A stretch of 58,612 nucleotides of DNA from Candidatus Bathyarchaeota archaeon (GCA_963828195.1 CAWHDT010000006.1:1-58612), one strand, 5' to 3'. Positions 9,931 through 20,783 are shown, numbered from the stretch's first letter. Notes: generated by a model not told the origin, from the sequence alone. A program made the numbers and translations.

Positions 9931-9955
9931 TTTTGTACAAAATTTTTGTACAAAA
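9931..9955. terminator. Tandem palindromes between convergent genes
   Basis: TTTTGTACAAAA twice (9931-9942, 9944-9955), giving T-tracts on both strands. Confidence 0.4.
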
Positions 9956-9971
9956 GGTTGTGGGCTGTGGC

Positions 9972-11423
9972 TTATAGGGTTGCGCGGAACCCGCTGAGTA
10001 CCTCTTTGATCGATTGAATAAGTGTGTGCTTAACCTGCACTGGCTCAGTTAGTTTTTCTAAGCGGTCCACTCGCCAGTAAATCGGGGGGTGGCTGTCTAA
10101 TCCGACCCATTCTTGCAGACGGAAACTTGGCGTGCGCTCGAACAGAAGGCGTTGAAAACCGATTTTTTCCAGCGAGTGCGCTAAAACCTGGGGTTGCCCC
10201 ATCATTATAGCGGACGTTAAGTCAGCGCGGGCTTCGAAGAATTTAGCTATGAAAAATATTAGCGTCATAACTGCGAAGAAGTAGACGAAGAACAGTACGG
10301 ACAGAAATATTTCTGGGAACAGTGCGAGTAGGACGTAGAATCGAAAGATGAACTCGGCGCTTAAAAGTCCGAAGAGGATAAGTGGGTCTCTGCCTTTGAG
10401 GTGGCCGAACTCGTGTCCTAAGACGCTTACGACTTCGGGTTCATCAAGCTGTACCAGCAGCCCAGTGGTTATGAGAACTATGCCTCGTTTGGGGCTTGGT
10501 CCAGAAGCGGCGGCGTTGGGAACCATGGTGTTTGAAATAACGATTTTAGGTACCTTGTAGCCGAAGCGGTCAGCCACCTTCTTCACCAGCTCGTAGACGT
10601 TGATTTTTTTGGCTGACAAGCTGCCTTGCCGGCAAGACACGTTGTATTTGGAGAAGACACCTTCTGCTTCGTTGCAGTCGATCGCTCCGTGTTTTGCTAT
10701 GATTTCGTTGTAGACTTCCTTTTTGATGGCTACCAGCTGCTCGGGCGGAATTTGTTTGTAGTCATCCAGCGTGCCAAGCGAGCCTATTGGCGGCTGATAC
10801 TCCAAGAAATGAATATATGGGTTGTCTTTGGTGATGGTCCAGTCGCCTGATCGGGCGATGAATTTGTCAGAGTAGAAAACAAACACCAACTGTGACCCAA
10901 TCAGGATTATTGGAGCAATCCAGAAGTACTGATGGTAGTAAGTGTAAACAACGATGAATAATCCTAAACCTAAAACTATGAATACAAACGAGAGAAGAAC
11001 TTGGGTTTCCAAAAAGATGCGTTGGAAGCTTTTTGGGTGAAGCGTAACTTTTTCGGGAACAATTTTTTCTCCTTCCTGCCATGCGAAGTACCATGTGGCT
11101 TTGCGTGCTTTTTCCTCGAACATCTGCGAGGCAATAACCATATCCTGCCTTGCCTGAGCTATTGTTTGCTCCGTTATCTGAGAGTCCAGAGGCGTTATTG
11201 TCATGTTTACAGAGTCGGTGCCGACTACTTCCACTCGGAGTATTTGTTTTCCCTGCGCGTCGAGGACACTGTAAGCGATGCGGCTGCTGTTTGGGGTTAC
11301 TTCTTTGGTGATGCTGGAGAATCGCTGCTTTTGCGGAGTCAAATATTTTGTGTATATGAAGTCGAATAGTTTTTCGTAGTAGCTGGGCGGAACTTCGGTG
11401 TCAATCTTATAAGAAGAAGACAA
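9972..11423 (-). CDS. M48 family (HtpX-like) membrane Zn metalloprotease with N-terminal extension
   Basis: PNAAA, HEFGH, FEARAD and SHPP motifs; 4 TM segments. Confidence 0.9.
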   Translation of the reverse strand: MSSSYKIDTEVPPSYYEKLFDFIYTKYLTPQKQRFSSITKEVTPNSSRIAYSVLDAQGKQILRVEVVGTDSVNMTITPLDSQITEQTIAQARQDMVIASQMFEEKARKATWYFAWQEGEKIVPEKVTLHPKSFQRIFLETQVLLSFVFIVLGLGLFIVVYTYYHQYFWIAPIILIGSQLVFVFYSDKFIARSGDWTITKDNPYIHFLEYQPPIGSLGTLDDYKQIPPEQLVAIKKEVYNEIIAKHGAIDCNEAEGVFSKYNVSCRQGSLSAKKINVYELVKKVADRFGYKVPKIVISNTMVPNAAASGPSPKRGIVLITTGLLVQLDEPEVVSVLGHEFGHLKGRDPLILFGLLSAEFIFRFYVLLALFPEIFLSVLFFVYFFAVMTLIFFIAKFFEARADLTSAIMMGQPQVLAHSLEKIGFQRLLFERTPSFRLQEWVGLDSHPPIYWRVDRLEKLTEPVQVKHTLIQSIKEVLSGFRATL

Positions 11424-11568
11424 TGTCGCTGATTCTCTCCAAAAGCAAAGTGCTTCAACTTAACTATGTTTTTCTTTATTTATTAACACTGCGGGTAAAT
11501 AATGTGTAAAAGCCAAGGTTTTCGCCAGTTTTCAAAGTCAAGGTAAAATGAAATTTGTTGCCTCCGAG

Positions 11569-12942
11569 TTAGGAAGACTCTTTGCTCTCGTTGTTATGTG
11601 CCGTGGAATCGTTCGTTGCGAGTGCTTTTTGCTCTTGCACTTTCTCAACCATTACGACTAAGCCTTTCAAAGCCTTAACGTTGACTTTCGCGCCCTTCTC
11701 AATATCTCCTGATGACGATTCAGCGCGCCAAGTTTCCCCCACGACTCTTACTTCTCCCTTAGGATTAAGGTCAGTAATAGCTACTCCGATTTTGCCTATC
11801 ATGGCTTCTGAACCTGTGAGTCTGGAGCGCCGCCGAAGAGGCCCAATCACCCATCTGACATATGCGCCAGCGAGAACCCCGAAAACTACCAGCAGACTAA
11901 GCTCTATTATTGCGAAATCTCCAAACGGCGACGGCGAATAAGGCAGGTTAAACGATAAAAAGTATATTCCGAAGGCGCCCAGAACTACTCCGGCTGCTAG
12001 GGCAAAGCCGTGTCCCAGTTTCAACTCCGCAATAATCAACGCAGCTGCGGCGATTAGTATAATTATGCCTAAAAGTGAGGCGCCCACCACTTCAGCCCCA
12101 ACTAAACCAGCAACTATAGCGATAACGCCCAGTATCGTCAGCAGTATGGTGGGGTGGAAAAAGTCTATCACAACCGCAACGATTCCGATGAGAAAGAGGA
12201 TGCCGTCCAGAATAGTGTTGCTTAAAGCGCTGAGAAGCTGCTCGTAGAGGTTTTCACTAAGTGTGACCTGTGGGTTCCCAGCTAAACCGAGTTGATTGAT
12301 TGCGTCGGAGAGTGAATTTGCTGTGCCGTCAGCTACATTGTACTGGACTGCTTGGGTGGCTGAAAATGCCTCGTCAGACTGAACCATGTAATAGACTGCG
12401 GTTGTGTTGCGTCCCCACTCCGTTGCTAAGGCTTGCATGTAGCTGAGGAAAAAAGCTTGAGTGTGATTTTGCTCCAGCGCTGTGCCGCCAACCACGATGG
12501 GCGTGCTGGGACCGATAGCTGAGCCTGGACCCATAAGAATCATGTTACATGCCATAGCTATGTAGCTCCCAGCGGAAGCGCCAAAGCCGTCGGGCACGAC
12601 GAAAGTGTAGGTCGGGATGCCCGTTGCGTTTGCTGCCTTTATGGAGTCAACAATGGATTGCATATCGCTGACGAGTCCGCCGGGGGTATTCATCTCGATA
12701 ACTATGGCGGCTGCGTGGTCACCCTGTGCGGTTGAGACAACACGCGCCATAAACGTGGATGCGCCTGGGTCAACAGGCACGTCGAAGTTGGCTATGATGA
12801 CGGGTCCGCTCGGTGAAGCCACAACCTGGGCAGAAGCGGTTGCCGGGGAACCTTGGAAGCAGCCTGCAGCTAACAAAAAGAGCAATGCACAGATGAAGCC
12901 TATGATGGAGACCCGAATGATTCTTCCTTTATGTTTCAGCAA
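11569..12942 (-). CDS. nfeD: NfeD (long form) membrane-bound protease
   Basis: NTPGG and ASAGSYI ClpP-like domain, TM bundle, C-terminal OB fold (GEVRVVGETWRA). Confidence 0.9.
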   Translation of the reverse strand: MLKHKGRIIRVSIIGFICALLFLLAAGCFQGSPATASAQVVASPSGPVIIANFDVPVDPGASTFMARVVSTAQGDHAAAIVIEMNTPGGLVSDMQSIVDSIKAANATGIPTYTFVVPDGFGASAGSYIAMACNMILMGPGSAIGPSTPIVVGGTALEQNHTQAFFLSYMQALATEWGRNTTAVYYMVQSDEAFSATQAVQYNVADGTANSLSDAINQLGLAGNPQVTLSENLYEQLLSALSNTILDGILFLIGIVAVVIDFFHPTILLTILGVIAIVAGLVGAEVVGASLLGIIILIAAAALIIAELKLGHGFALAAGVVLGAFGIYFLSFNLPYSPSPFGDFAIIELSLLVVFGVLAGAYVRWVIGPLRRRSRLTGSEAMIGKIGVAITDLNPKGEVRVVGETWRAESSSGDIEKGAKVNVKALKGLVVMVEKVQEQKALATNDSTAHNNESKESS

Positions 12943-13041
12943 GTTTCCTCTATTCTTGGCTAATCGGTAAGCTACCTATAAGCTTTGGCGTGGCTAAAAA
13001 AAAATTCAGTTTCCAATTGGCAACACCTAAACTCTTCGAAA

Positions 13042-14091
13042 TTATTCTTCTTTTAAAACAGGTGCTTTCATCATTAATCCGCTCGTGAAATTCTTCTTGA
13101 TTAAGGATTTGACACCGACATACTCTACGAGCGGGTAGCCAATAAGGACCTGGCTCCAAAAAGTCAACAATCGACTTAAAGTCGTTGCAGCCGCAGCAAT
13201 AACGATGGGAACACCGTATAAAACGAATAAACTGGTCATAGCGATTTCTACAGCGCCAACTGGAAAGCCCGCCGTAACCGTTTCGACAGTTGTGATAATG
13301 CAATATATGGTCGCTAAATCGATTATGGAGATGCCGGTGAAATTAAGAGAATAAAAAACCATCAAGTAAACGATTATACTGAAGATCCAAGCGGCTATAG
13401 CGAAGATAACTGGCTTTAGCAGGCATCGGGGGTTAGCCTTGAAGGTTTTGAATGCGTTGCTGAAAGACAACATGGAATCAGAAATTTTTTCTTTTACATT
13501 GGCAAGCGTGCTAGGATTCTTTGTTATCCGTTTCGCTATCCACAGAGAAAAATTAACTATTTTTTTCCCGGCGCTTTCCTTAAACGCGATGATGAAAACT
13601 ACTGCTAACACAGCTGCGGTTCCAATTGAAACTAAAATAATAGGTGTGACCACGTAGCTTGGCAATTGATGATAAAGCAAAAGCAAAAGAACGCTGATCA
13701 GTAAACCGCCCGAGTAAACAAAAGTGCTGATGATGCGTGAACCCACCACTCCGCCAGCGGCTATTCCTGCGTCATTTTTTGTTTCATTTTGCGCTAAGAC
13801 AATTCGCGTTAACTCTCCGCCGACTGTTGCGCTGGGGATAACTAATTCAACAAAGTTTCCAATCCAGTTGTAGAGTATGATTTTTCTGAGGTTAATTTTA
13901 ACTTTTAGGGAAGTGAGCAGGTTATGCCAGATTAAAGAGTCAAACACTATTGATAAAAGAAAAGAAACTACGGCTAAAGAGAAGAACAGTGAATACTGGT
14001 ACACGTTAAGTCTGCTAAGAAGAGTAAAAAGACCTTGAAAACCGACAAAGAACCATAGGTAAAGGATGAATGCTACCAAACCGAGAATCAT
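13042..14091 (-). CDS. Lysylphosphatidylglycerol synthase TM / flippase-like (UPF0104) protein
   Basis: PSATVGGE, GAVE and RLLTFW motifs; multi-TM; frame extends to an ACG at 14124 behind an AGGTGA SD. Confidence 0.85.
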   Translation of the reverse strand: MILGLVAFILYLWFFVGFQGLFTLLSRLNVYQYSLFFSLAVVSFLLSIVFDSLIWHNLLTSLKVKINLRKIILYNWIGNFVELVIPSATVGGELTRIVLAQNETKNDAGIAAGGVVGSRIISTFVYSGGLLISVLLLLLYHQLPSYVVTPIILVSIGTAAVLAVVFIIAFKESAGKKIVNFSLWIAKRITKNPSTLANVKEKISDSMLSFSNAFKTFKANPRCLLKPVIFAIAAWIFSIIVYLMVFYSLNFTGISIIDLATIYCIITTVETVTAGFPVGAVEIAMTSLFVLYGVPIVIAAAATTLSRLLTFWSQVLIGYPLVEYVGVKSLIKKNFTSGLMMKAPVLKEE

Positions 14092-14549
14092 GAAGGCGAT
14101 TGGTTTGCGTCCGGCTATGGGCGTTTTTTATTTCACCTGTTTTCTTTTTCGAAGCTCGACAAATTGGAAAGGCCAGCCAATCCCCCTCAAAACATTGAAT
14201 CGCCATTTCAAGACGATTAGCCACAAGCTTCTGACTATTTCACCATTCTACTACATTTGGTAACATTTAAACATCCAGATTTATGAAATGGCTGGAAAAA
14301 ACTGTTTTTCTTCAATCCCTTTGACCACTTGTAACGTCTGAAACTTTACCGCGCTTTTTCCAACAGGATTGATAAACAAGCGAGCAAAACCACAAAACCC
14401 CACGCGAAATTCTATTTGTATTCTGTAGTTTGCCTTGAAATTTGGCTACCAAAAAATATAATTCGGTCACTAAACATAATTAAATTGGTGTTTTTGCTTT
14501 GTCCAGGTGTGACACGGTTATTCTTAAAAATCTTTAGGAGGCGATATGA

Positions 14550-14855
14550 ATGGAGTTTGTAAAGTTAGCATCAATAAACGATATAAAACCAAACAGTTTG
14601 ATGGGTGTAACAGTGAAGGATCAAAAGATTTTGCTTGCCAACGTAAACGGAAACTACTATGCCCTCGGCGACAAGTGCATGCACAGAGGCTGCCAATTAT
14701 CCAAAGGAAAACTTGTAGGAGAAACAGTTGTCTGCCCCTGCCACGGATCCACCTATGAACTTAAAACAGGCAATTTTACTAAAGGACCCACGAAAAAGCC
14801 ACAACCGATGTACGAATTAAAAGTTGAAAACAGCGAAATCATGATTAACCTGTAG
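14550..14855 (+). CDS. Rieske [2Fe-2S] ferredoxin
   Basis: CMH and CPCHGS motifs; AGGAGG SD. Confidence 0.93.
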   Translation: MEFVKLASINDIKPNSLMGVTVKDQKILLANVNGNYYALGDKCMHRGCQLSKGKLVGETVVCPCHGSTYELKTGNFTKGPTKKPQPMYELKVENSEIMINL

Positions 14856-14856
14856 C

Positions 14857-15243
14857 TTACCTTTCGATCAGCTCAATCAGCGTTCCATCAGGGTCCTCGA
14901 CGAAGGCGATCACTGGTCCGTTGGGTCCAAGTTTGAAGGGCTCATCGGTAACAACCACCTTTTCTTTCCGCATGAATGCAACAGCTTTGCCAATGTCGGG
15001 TACTTCGAACCCTAAATGATCAAACAGCCGCTCCTCATAATCAGGCTGACTAAATTTCTTTTGATCACGGAAAAAGGTTAATTCAAGCGTGCAGCCTTTT
15101 TTCTCTGGGTCTTGGAGAAAAACAATTTCGGCGTTGGTCCGCTTAATTTCCATTCGGCTCTGGACTTTTAATCCAAAAAATCTTGCGTAAAAGTCAATGG
15201 ATTTCTCCATGTTACTTGTTCGAATACTTGTATGAACAAACAC
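14857..15243 (-). CDS. VOC/glyoxalase family protein
   Basis: HTSIRT, LEL, DHLGFEV and DPDGTLIELIE motifs. Confidence 0.9.
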   Translation of the reverse strand: MFVHTSIRTSNMEKSIDFYARFFGLKVQSRMEIKRTNAEIVFLQDPEKKGCTLELTFFRDQKKFSQPDYEERLFDHLGFEVPDIGKAVAFMRKEKVVVTDEPFKLGPNGPVIAFVEDPDGTLIELIER

Positions 15244-15402
15244 TTTCCTAACCCCGCTTCTTTATGTTTGAACTCGCGTCGTTATAAGCCCTTTGCTTTG
15301 GAAAAAACCGGGTTCTTGGGTGGGTTAGTTCAAATCCAACAGCTTATCATAATCGCATTCATTTATGCTGATAAAAAGAGAAGCGGAACATAAAACATAA
15401 GG

Positions 15403-16956
15403 GTGGGCAATATTTCTTGGAAGTTCACGGTGGATCACTTGCGTCTAGGCGAAGAGAATGGGAAAAAAGCTGAATTTGAGATTACCCTCTCAGAGCTTAA
15501 CCTGTTTTTCAATCACTCTTCGGACATACTTGTTTTCATCGGGTTTGACGGCCGCTATAAACAAGTTAGTCTTTCGTTTGAAAAAATTCTCGGTTGGAAA
15601 AAGGAAGAAGTAGTCTCAAAGCCGTTTCTGGATTTTGTTCATCCTGACGACCGCGAAAGATCCGCTGCTGAGGCCAAAGCTCGCCAAACAGGTCATGAAA
15701 CAGAAGAATTTGAAAATCGCTACCGCTGCAAAGATGGCTCATACAGGTGGATTTCATGGGATGCCCATCCACTGCTGGAAAAACAAATGGTCATGGGTGT
15801 AGGTCGAGACATTACTGAGCTTAGAAAAGCTGAGGAGGCTTTATCGCGGCAAGCTGAGCTTATTGACCTTAGTCCCGATGCTATAATCGTGGAGAAGCTT
15901 GACGGCACAATTTCTTTTTGGAGCAAAGGCGCAGAGAAACTGTATGGCTGGGCAAAAGACGAAGCGGAAGGACGAAACATCCACAGGCTGTTAAAGTCGG
16001 AGCTTCCACAACCGCTTGAAGAAATTCAAAACCAGGTTAAGCTGGAAGGGAAATGGTCAGGTGAAATTGCCAGCACATGCAAAGATGGAAGCAGGGTGGT
16101 TGCTCAGAGTTATTGGTTAGCCAAGTTTGGGGCGGATGGCAAAGTAATAGAGATGTTGGAGTCAAATGTGGATATTTCTGAATTGATACGGACGCAGGCT
16201 AAGCTTGAAGAGTCAACAATTCAAATTGAAGAATACGCCAATCAAATGGAGCAGCTGGCTAAAGACAGAGCTGAGAAGTTGAAGGACGCTGAATGCTTGG
16301 CTGCTGTCGGCGCCACTGCAGGTATGGTTGGGCATGATATTCGCAATCCACTTCAAGCTATAATTGGAGACCTCTATTTGGCCAAAGCAGAGTTGGATTC
16401 AACGCCTGAAAGTGAAGAGAAAAAGAATGCGCTGGAAAGTCTGGCGGAGATTGAAGCAAATATTGATTATATCAACAAGATTGTGGGTAACCTGCAGGAA
16501 TTCGCTAAACCTTTAATTCCGAACATCGAGGAAACCTGCCTTGAAAAAATACTCTACTCCACATTGGCTAATTTGCAGGTTCCAAAAAACGTAACGATTG
16601 AACATTCAATACAAGAGGGTTTTCCCAAAATCAAAGCTGATAAAGCTTACTTGCAAAGAGTACTCACGAACTTAGCTAACAACGCGATGCAAGCTATGCC
16701 GAACGGAGGACAACTCACCATTACGGCCACCAGCGGAAATGGCAAAGCCTTCATATCTGTTGAAGACACTGGCGAAGGCATACCTGAAAACGTAAGAAGC
16801 AAACTGTTTAGGCCTCTTATGACGACGAGGTCGACGGGCCACGGCTTTGGCTTAGCTGCAGTTAAAAGGTTCACAGAAGGAATGGGTGGATCGGTCTCAT
16901 TTGAAAGCGTAATTGGAAAAGGAACTAAATTCTTAATCGAACTGCCCACCTGTTAA
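15403..16956 (+). CDS. Cytoplasmic PAS-PAS histidine kinase
   Basis: Two PAS/PAC domains; H-box GHDIRNPL; N, DTGEG and GFGL boxes. Confidence 0.92.
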   Translation: MGNISWKFTVDHLRLGEENGKKAEFEITLSELNLFFNHSSDILVFIGFDGRYKQVSLSFEKILGWKKEEVVSKPFLDFVHPDDRERSAAEAKARQTGHETEEFENRYRCKDGSYRWISWDAHPLLEKQMVMGVGRDITELRKAEEALSRQAELIDLSPDAIIVEKLDGTISFWSKGAEKLYGWAKDEAEGRNIHRLLKSELPQPLEEIQNQVKLEGKWSGEIASTCKDGSRVVAQSYWLAKFGADGKVIEMLESNVDISELIRTQAKLEESTIQIEEYANQMEQLAKDRAEKLKDAECLAAVGATAGMVGHDIRNPLQAIIGDLYLAKAELDSTPESEEKKNALESLAEIEANIDYINKIVGNLQEFAKPLIPNIEETCLEKILYSTLANLQVPKNVTIEHSIQEGFPKIKADKAYLQRVLTNLANNAMQAMPNGGQLTITATSGNGKAFISVEDTGEGIPENVRSKLFRPLMTTRSTGHGFGLAAVKRFTEGMGGSVSFESVIGKGTKFLIELPTC

Positions 16957-17005
16957 ACAAGAAATATGTCAATTAGGAGTAACCGTGCGCACAAACCCAA
17001 GTTCT

Positions 17006-17458
17006 TCAATAGGGCGAAATATCCACTTTGTCCCACTCAAAGCCGATGGATATGTGGTAGGCACTGGTTTTAAGCTTCGAGAGAAGTTGACGCAAATTAG
17101 TTATTGTTTCTCCCTCATTGCCCTTTTCACAGATCAAAATTGCAATGACATTATGAGCCCCGTAGGATTTCCACAGAAGCTTCATATGTGGAAGTTGCTT
17201 GAGGGCCTCGATGACTTGTTCAGTGTCTTCGTAAGCCGCCTCCATGCCTATACTGATCGCTGAGAGATTAAGGGCTTTAAAGTTTGGAACTGCCATAATT
17301 TTCTTTTCGATGACGCCGTTTTTTTCCAGTTTTTCTATTCTTCTGTAGACGGTTCCCCTTGTCACATTTAGGGTCTTAGCCAAATCGTCATAAGAATGAA
17401 TCCCGCTGCAAATTTCATGAAGAATCTTCTTGTCCAATTCATCCAGAACTATTGACAA
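17006..17458 (-). CDS. Lrp/AsnC family regulator
   Basis: LDELDKKIL...TVYRRIEKLEKNGVI. Confidence 0.88.
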   Translation of the reverse strand: MSIVLDELDKKILHEICSGIHSYDDLAKTLNVTRGTVYRRIEKLEKNGVIEKKIMAVPNFKALNLSAISIGMEAAYEDTEQVIEALKQLPHMKLLWKSYGAHNVIAILICEKGNEGETITNLRQLLSKLKTSAYHISIGFEWDKVDISPY

Positions 17459-17794
17459 AAACGGTACCTCACTCTAGCATATATTTCTCAGTAAGTTACT
17501 TAAAAAAATATTGCATTTTCACTCTTACTTGGTTTTCAATTTAATACGAAGAAAAACTCTTAAAATAGTCATTTTTCAGAGATATTTGTACTATAAAACT
17601 GTAAAGAAACGTAGTTTGTATCATGCGGTAAATACTAATTGCACATTCATGCTAGATCCATCGATAGGGGGCGTCTTTGAACGAAAAAAAATTCGCCGGA
17701 AAAACACAATTCTTTTTCGAAACCCAAAGTTTTCGAGGTAAAAGAGGGAAATAATCAGGTAGACGATTCTGACCAACAGGAACTTCTGCAGATT

Positions 17795-18199
17795 TTGTAT
17801 GTTGATGATGATGCCGTTTTTATGAAAGTTGCGAGGATGATTTTGGAGTTAGAAAACAAGTTTGAGATTGACACAGCAACTTCGGTTGATGAAGCTTTCT
17901 GCAAACTGAAAACCCGACCTTATGATGCAGTTATCTGCGAATACGACATGCCTATGAAAAATGGTTTAGATTTTTTGAAGGAACTGAGAGAACAAAAAAA
18001 TGAGATCGCATTTATTATTTTCACATGCAGGGTCAGAGAAGAAGTTGAAGTTAAAGCATTAAAACTTGGCGCGGATTACTACATTGATAAGAACGGTTCT
18101 CCTGAAGCGGTCTATCGTGAATTGGCGAATGCAATATGCAGGACGGTAGCACGTAAGAAAGAAACTCGGTCAAAAAGGAGGAAAGCACCTGCCTCATAA
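17795..18199 (+). CDS. Stand-alone receiver domain protein (phosphoacceptor Asp replaced by Glu)
   Basis: YVDDD, DAVICEYDMP and GADYYIDK; frame open upstream to 17681. Confidence 0.85.
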   Translation: MYVDDDAVFMKVARMILELENKFEIDTATSVDEAFCKLKTRPYDAVICEYDMPMKNGLDFLKELREQKNEIAFIIFTCRVREEVEVKALKLGADYYIDKNGSPEAVYRELANAICRTVARKKETRSKRRKAPAS

Positions 18200-18360
18200 A
18201 GGTTATCGAACAGGGAACTGTAAAGTCTGTTCTACATTTATCCCTGATGGTTTTCTCTGTAAAGTTTTGAGGCATAATTGTTTTTCTGCTTTTTTGGAAG
18301 GGGCTGTAACTAAAAAGAACGTCCCAATTTATCCTGTTTTGGCAAAGCCTAAATACGAAA

Positions 18361-19176
18361 TTGGAACAATCAAGTTGCATGCCTGCTCTCCAAGAAATCT
18401 GGGGTGTTCTGACCTATATTTTGACATTCATAGCTGGAGTCATATCACTAATGCTTGCTGATGCCCTGAGCAATTATTTGCACAAACCAAAAATTATCAT
18501 TGAAACAGTTAGCAAAAAAATAGAAGACACAAATAATCGCCGCATAAGCGATTTAGGCTTCGTTGTTAGCGTTAAGAGAAAAATGGTGAAAGACGCAAGA
18601 GTTCGATGCAATGGTAAAGAATATTCTTGGGTAGGCGAGAAGGATGATACTGTTGAAAGAAAAGATTTGTATGTAGGTGATATTCCCAGCAAATTTTTCC
18701 CTTTTGAAGGCACTCTTGAGTATTTGGAAAATGTCACTGTTGAATACTTGAAAAATACATCTAAACTTCCTTCTAATTATCATTGGGCTTTTTTTGCTGA
18801 TAAGAAACACAAACCCCTTCTTGGTTTGTCGAATAAAGGCGTGTTAATGACACTTAGAGATAAGGTGACAAAGGAAACTATACTATCAAACGGAATTGTT
18901 CTACCGAGGTTTGAAGAACTGCCAAAAGATTTTCATGCTTGGGATGTGCAGGCATCTTTAAACGTTAATAGACTTAAAACATTCGATGTTTCTATAAGGT
19001 TAATCGGTGAAGGCATCGAAGAAGAAAAGGACTATGTGATGAGCCTTTCTTTTTATGCTCTTAATATGTCTGTAATTGAGGATAAATTAGCTTTAAATCA
19101 AATTAAAGTGAACTTAAATCTAAAAAGTAAAAAAAGATTTCATTTTAAAAATCAGGATTTTACGCTTGCGTTTTGA
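18361..19176 (+). CDS. Hypothetical protein with N-terminal TM (transposon cargo)
   Basis: AT-rich ORF with one TM; 3' end overlaps the transposase. Confidence 0.65.
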   Translation: MEQSSCMPALQEIWGVLTYILTFIAGVISLMLADALSNYLHKPKIIIETVSKKIEDTNNRRISDLGFVVSVKRKMVKDARVRCNGKEYSWVGEKDDTVERKDLYVGDIPSKFFPFEGTLEYLENVTVEYLKNTSKLPSNYHWAFFADKKHKPLLGLSNKGVLMTLRDKVTKETILSNGIVLPRFEELPKDFHAWDVQASLNVNRLKTFDVSIRLIGEGIEEEKDYVMSLSFYALNMSVIEDKLALNQIKVNLNLKSKKRFHFKNQDFTLAF

Positions 19177-20270
19177 ATTAGGGTTTTCCATTTGTTTTCG
19201 CCTTCTATTGTTATTCCGCATGCTTCGCTCGGAGTTTTACCATCTAACGCTTCATGCGGTCTGATATAGTTGTGGAATAACTGATAACCCGTAAGAATGG
19301 TTGTTGCATCCATCTTTAGTCCTCTCATGGTTTTTTCTCTGTCACGGATTTCACCGTTCATTCTTTCCATCTTGTTATTGTTGTGGTCGCCTCTCAAAGT
19401 GATGTGTCTTACGTGTTGTGTTCTTGGATTCTTCAGTGTCCAAAATTCCTTTTTGTAAGCATCATGATAAGAGGCTAATCCATCAGTTATGAAAGTCATT
19501 GGTTTTTTACCCATCAATTCCTTAGACATCCTGAGAAGGTTTCTTGCATCATGTTTGTCTTTTGATTGTGCTACCTCTTGCGCTATCCAAAACCTTGTCT
19601 CATCATCCATCATTGAAAAGAGGTATTTCATGTTGCCTTTTACCTTGATGTAAATTTCATCAGCTCTCCAAATGTCACCAACTTTGGGAACTATTTTTTC
19701 AGTGTAGTCTTTCATTAAGGCTATGTACTTTTTAATCCAATTATAGACCGTTTGATGTGAAACTTCTACCCCTAAAAGTTGTAATGACTCCATTGTGTTT
19801 CTCAAGCTTTCTCCGCTAAAGTACAGTTGCATAGCAGAGGTTATTGCTTGAGGGTTATGTTTCATGCGTTCAAATCCAATGTTGAAAGTGAAGTCTTTTT
19901 GGCAGTTTTTACAGTGGAAAACCTGAATATTCCCAGCCTTGTTTTTCCTTATACCGTGCTTCACAATGTTGGGAGAAGCACAATAGATACATTGGGTAAG
20001 GTTCTCTATTGGAGAGATTGTTCTAACTTTCACTTCTGCTCTCATTGATAATGAAAAGTTTACGGCGTGAATGTGTTTGCATTCTACATGTCGATAATTA
20101 AAATCGGCACAGTCGCATAACCATTCTCCGTCAACCTTGTTAATGGTGTATTCGCCATTGTTAGATTGAGATTTCACAACATAGAGATAATCGTCTATTC
20201 TGTTTACTTGTCCGTTGTGTTGGGCTATTGCTTGACCCCGCATTTCTCTTGTGGTTGTTAGTTGTGCCAT
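19152..20270 (-). CDS. IS6/IS240-like DDE transposase with N-terminal SWIM and Zn-ribbon domains
   Basis: CDCAD...CKH SWIM; CIYC/CKNC; HTH (HQTVYNW); WRADE, ITDG and MERMNG DDE triad; HNYIRPH. Confidence 0.9.
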   Translation of the reverse strand: MAQLTTTREMRGQAIAQHNGQVNRIDDYLYVVKSQSNNGEYTINKVDGEWLCDCADFNYRHVECKHIHAVNFSLSMRAEVKVRTISPIENLTQCIYCASPNIVKHGIRKNKAGNIQVFHCKNCQKDFTFNIGFERMKHNPQAITSAMQLYFSGESLRNTMESLQLLGVEVSHQTVYNWIKKYIALMKDYTEKIVPKVGDIWRADEIYIKVKGNMKYLFSMMDDETRFWIAQEVAQSKDKHDARNLLRMSKELMGKKPMTFITDGLASYHDAYKKEFWTLKNPRTQHVRHITLRGDHNNNKMERMNGEIRDREKTMRGLKMDATTILTGYQLFHNYIRPHEALDGKTPSEACGITIEGENKWKTLIQNASVKS

Positions 20271-20284
20271 TTTGCTTACCCTTA

Positions 20285-20383
20285 AATTTACCTAATAGCA
20301 CACCCACTTATTAATATTTAGGTGTATTGTTGGGCAAGGGTTTAGGTAAATTAATATACTGCTTAACCCATAAATACACCTAA
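20285..20383. promoter_or_regulatory. Two interleaved inverted repeats in the transposase/AbrB divergent promoter
   Basis: AATTTACCTAA (20285) / TTAGGTAAATT (20342) and TTAGGTGTATT (20318) / AATACACCTAA (20373). Confidence 0.5.
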
Positions 20384-20398
20384 CAAGAGGTAAAGAAA

Positions 20399-20584
20399 AT
20401 GGGCGAAATAACAAACCTGAACAAAGCAGCCTCAAAAACAGAATCCCTAAGAACAACTGTTCCCTCAAGCATCATTCACCAATTCGGCTTAACCGAGTGG
20501 GATAAACTTGAGTGGATTCTGAAAGCTGAAGGTGGAGAGCTTATTATTCAAGTTAAGCCAATAAAGACGGGAAGAACCGAGTAG
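20399..20584 (+). CDS. AbrB/MazE-like DNA-binding protein
   Basis: SLRTTVPSSIIHQFGL..DKLEW motif. Confidence 0.82.
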   Translation: MGEITNLNKAASKTESLRTTVPSSIIHQFGLTEWDKLEWILKAEGGELIIQVKPIKTGRTE

Positions 20585-20591
20585 ATAATTT

Positions 20592-20783
20592 ATGGCATGC
20601 CTCGAAAGTTTACATGGAGAATCAAGCCTTGAGAACTTTACAGAACCTCGAACAGTGCGCGTTACAGAGGACGTCTACGCTTATCTCCAGAAGCAAGCCA
20701 AAGAAACCAACTACACCATACCCGGATACATCAAACATTTAATTGAAAAGAAAAATATGGCAAAACGGGAAAAAGAAGTTTAA
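20592..20783 (+). CDS. Small ribbon-helix-helix-like protein
   Basis: RTVRVTEDVYAYLQKQA...IPGYIKHLI. Confidence 0.55.
   Translation: MACLESLHGESSLENFTEPRTVRVTEDVYAYLQKQAKETNYTIPGYIKHLIEKKNMAKREKEV

Noticed and set aside
15318-15345. tRNA fragment (GTTCAAATCC)
   Set aside because: No paired T-stem or acceptor stem around it
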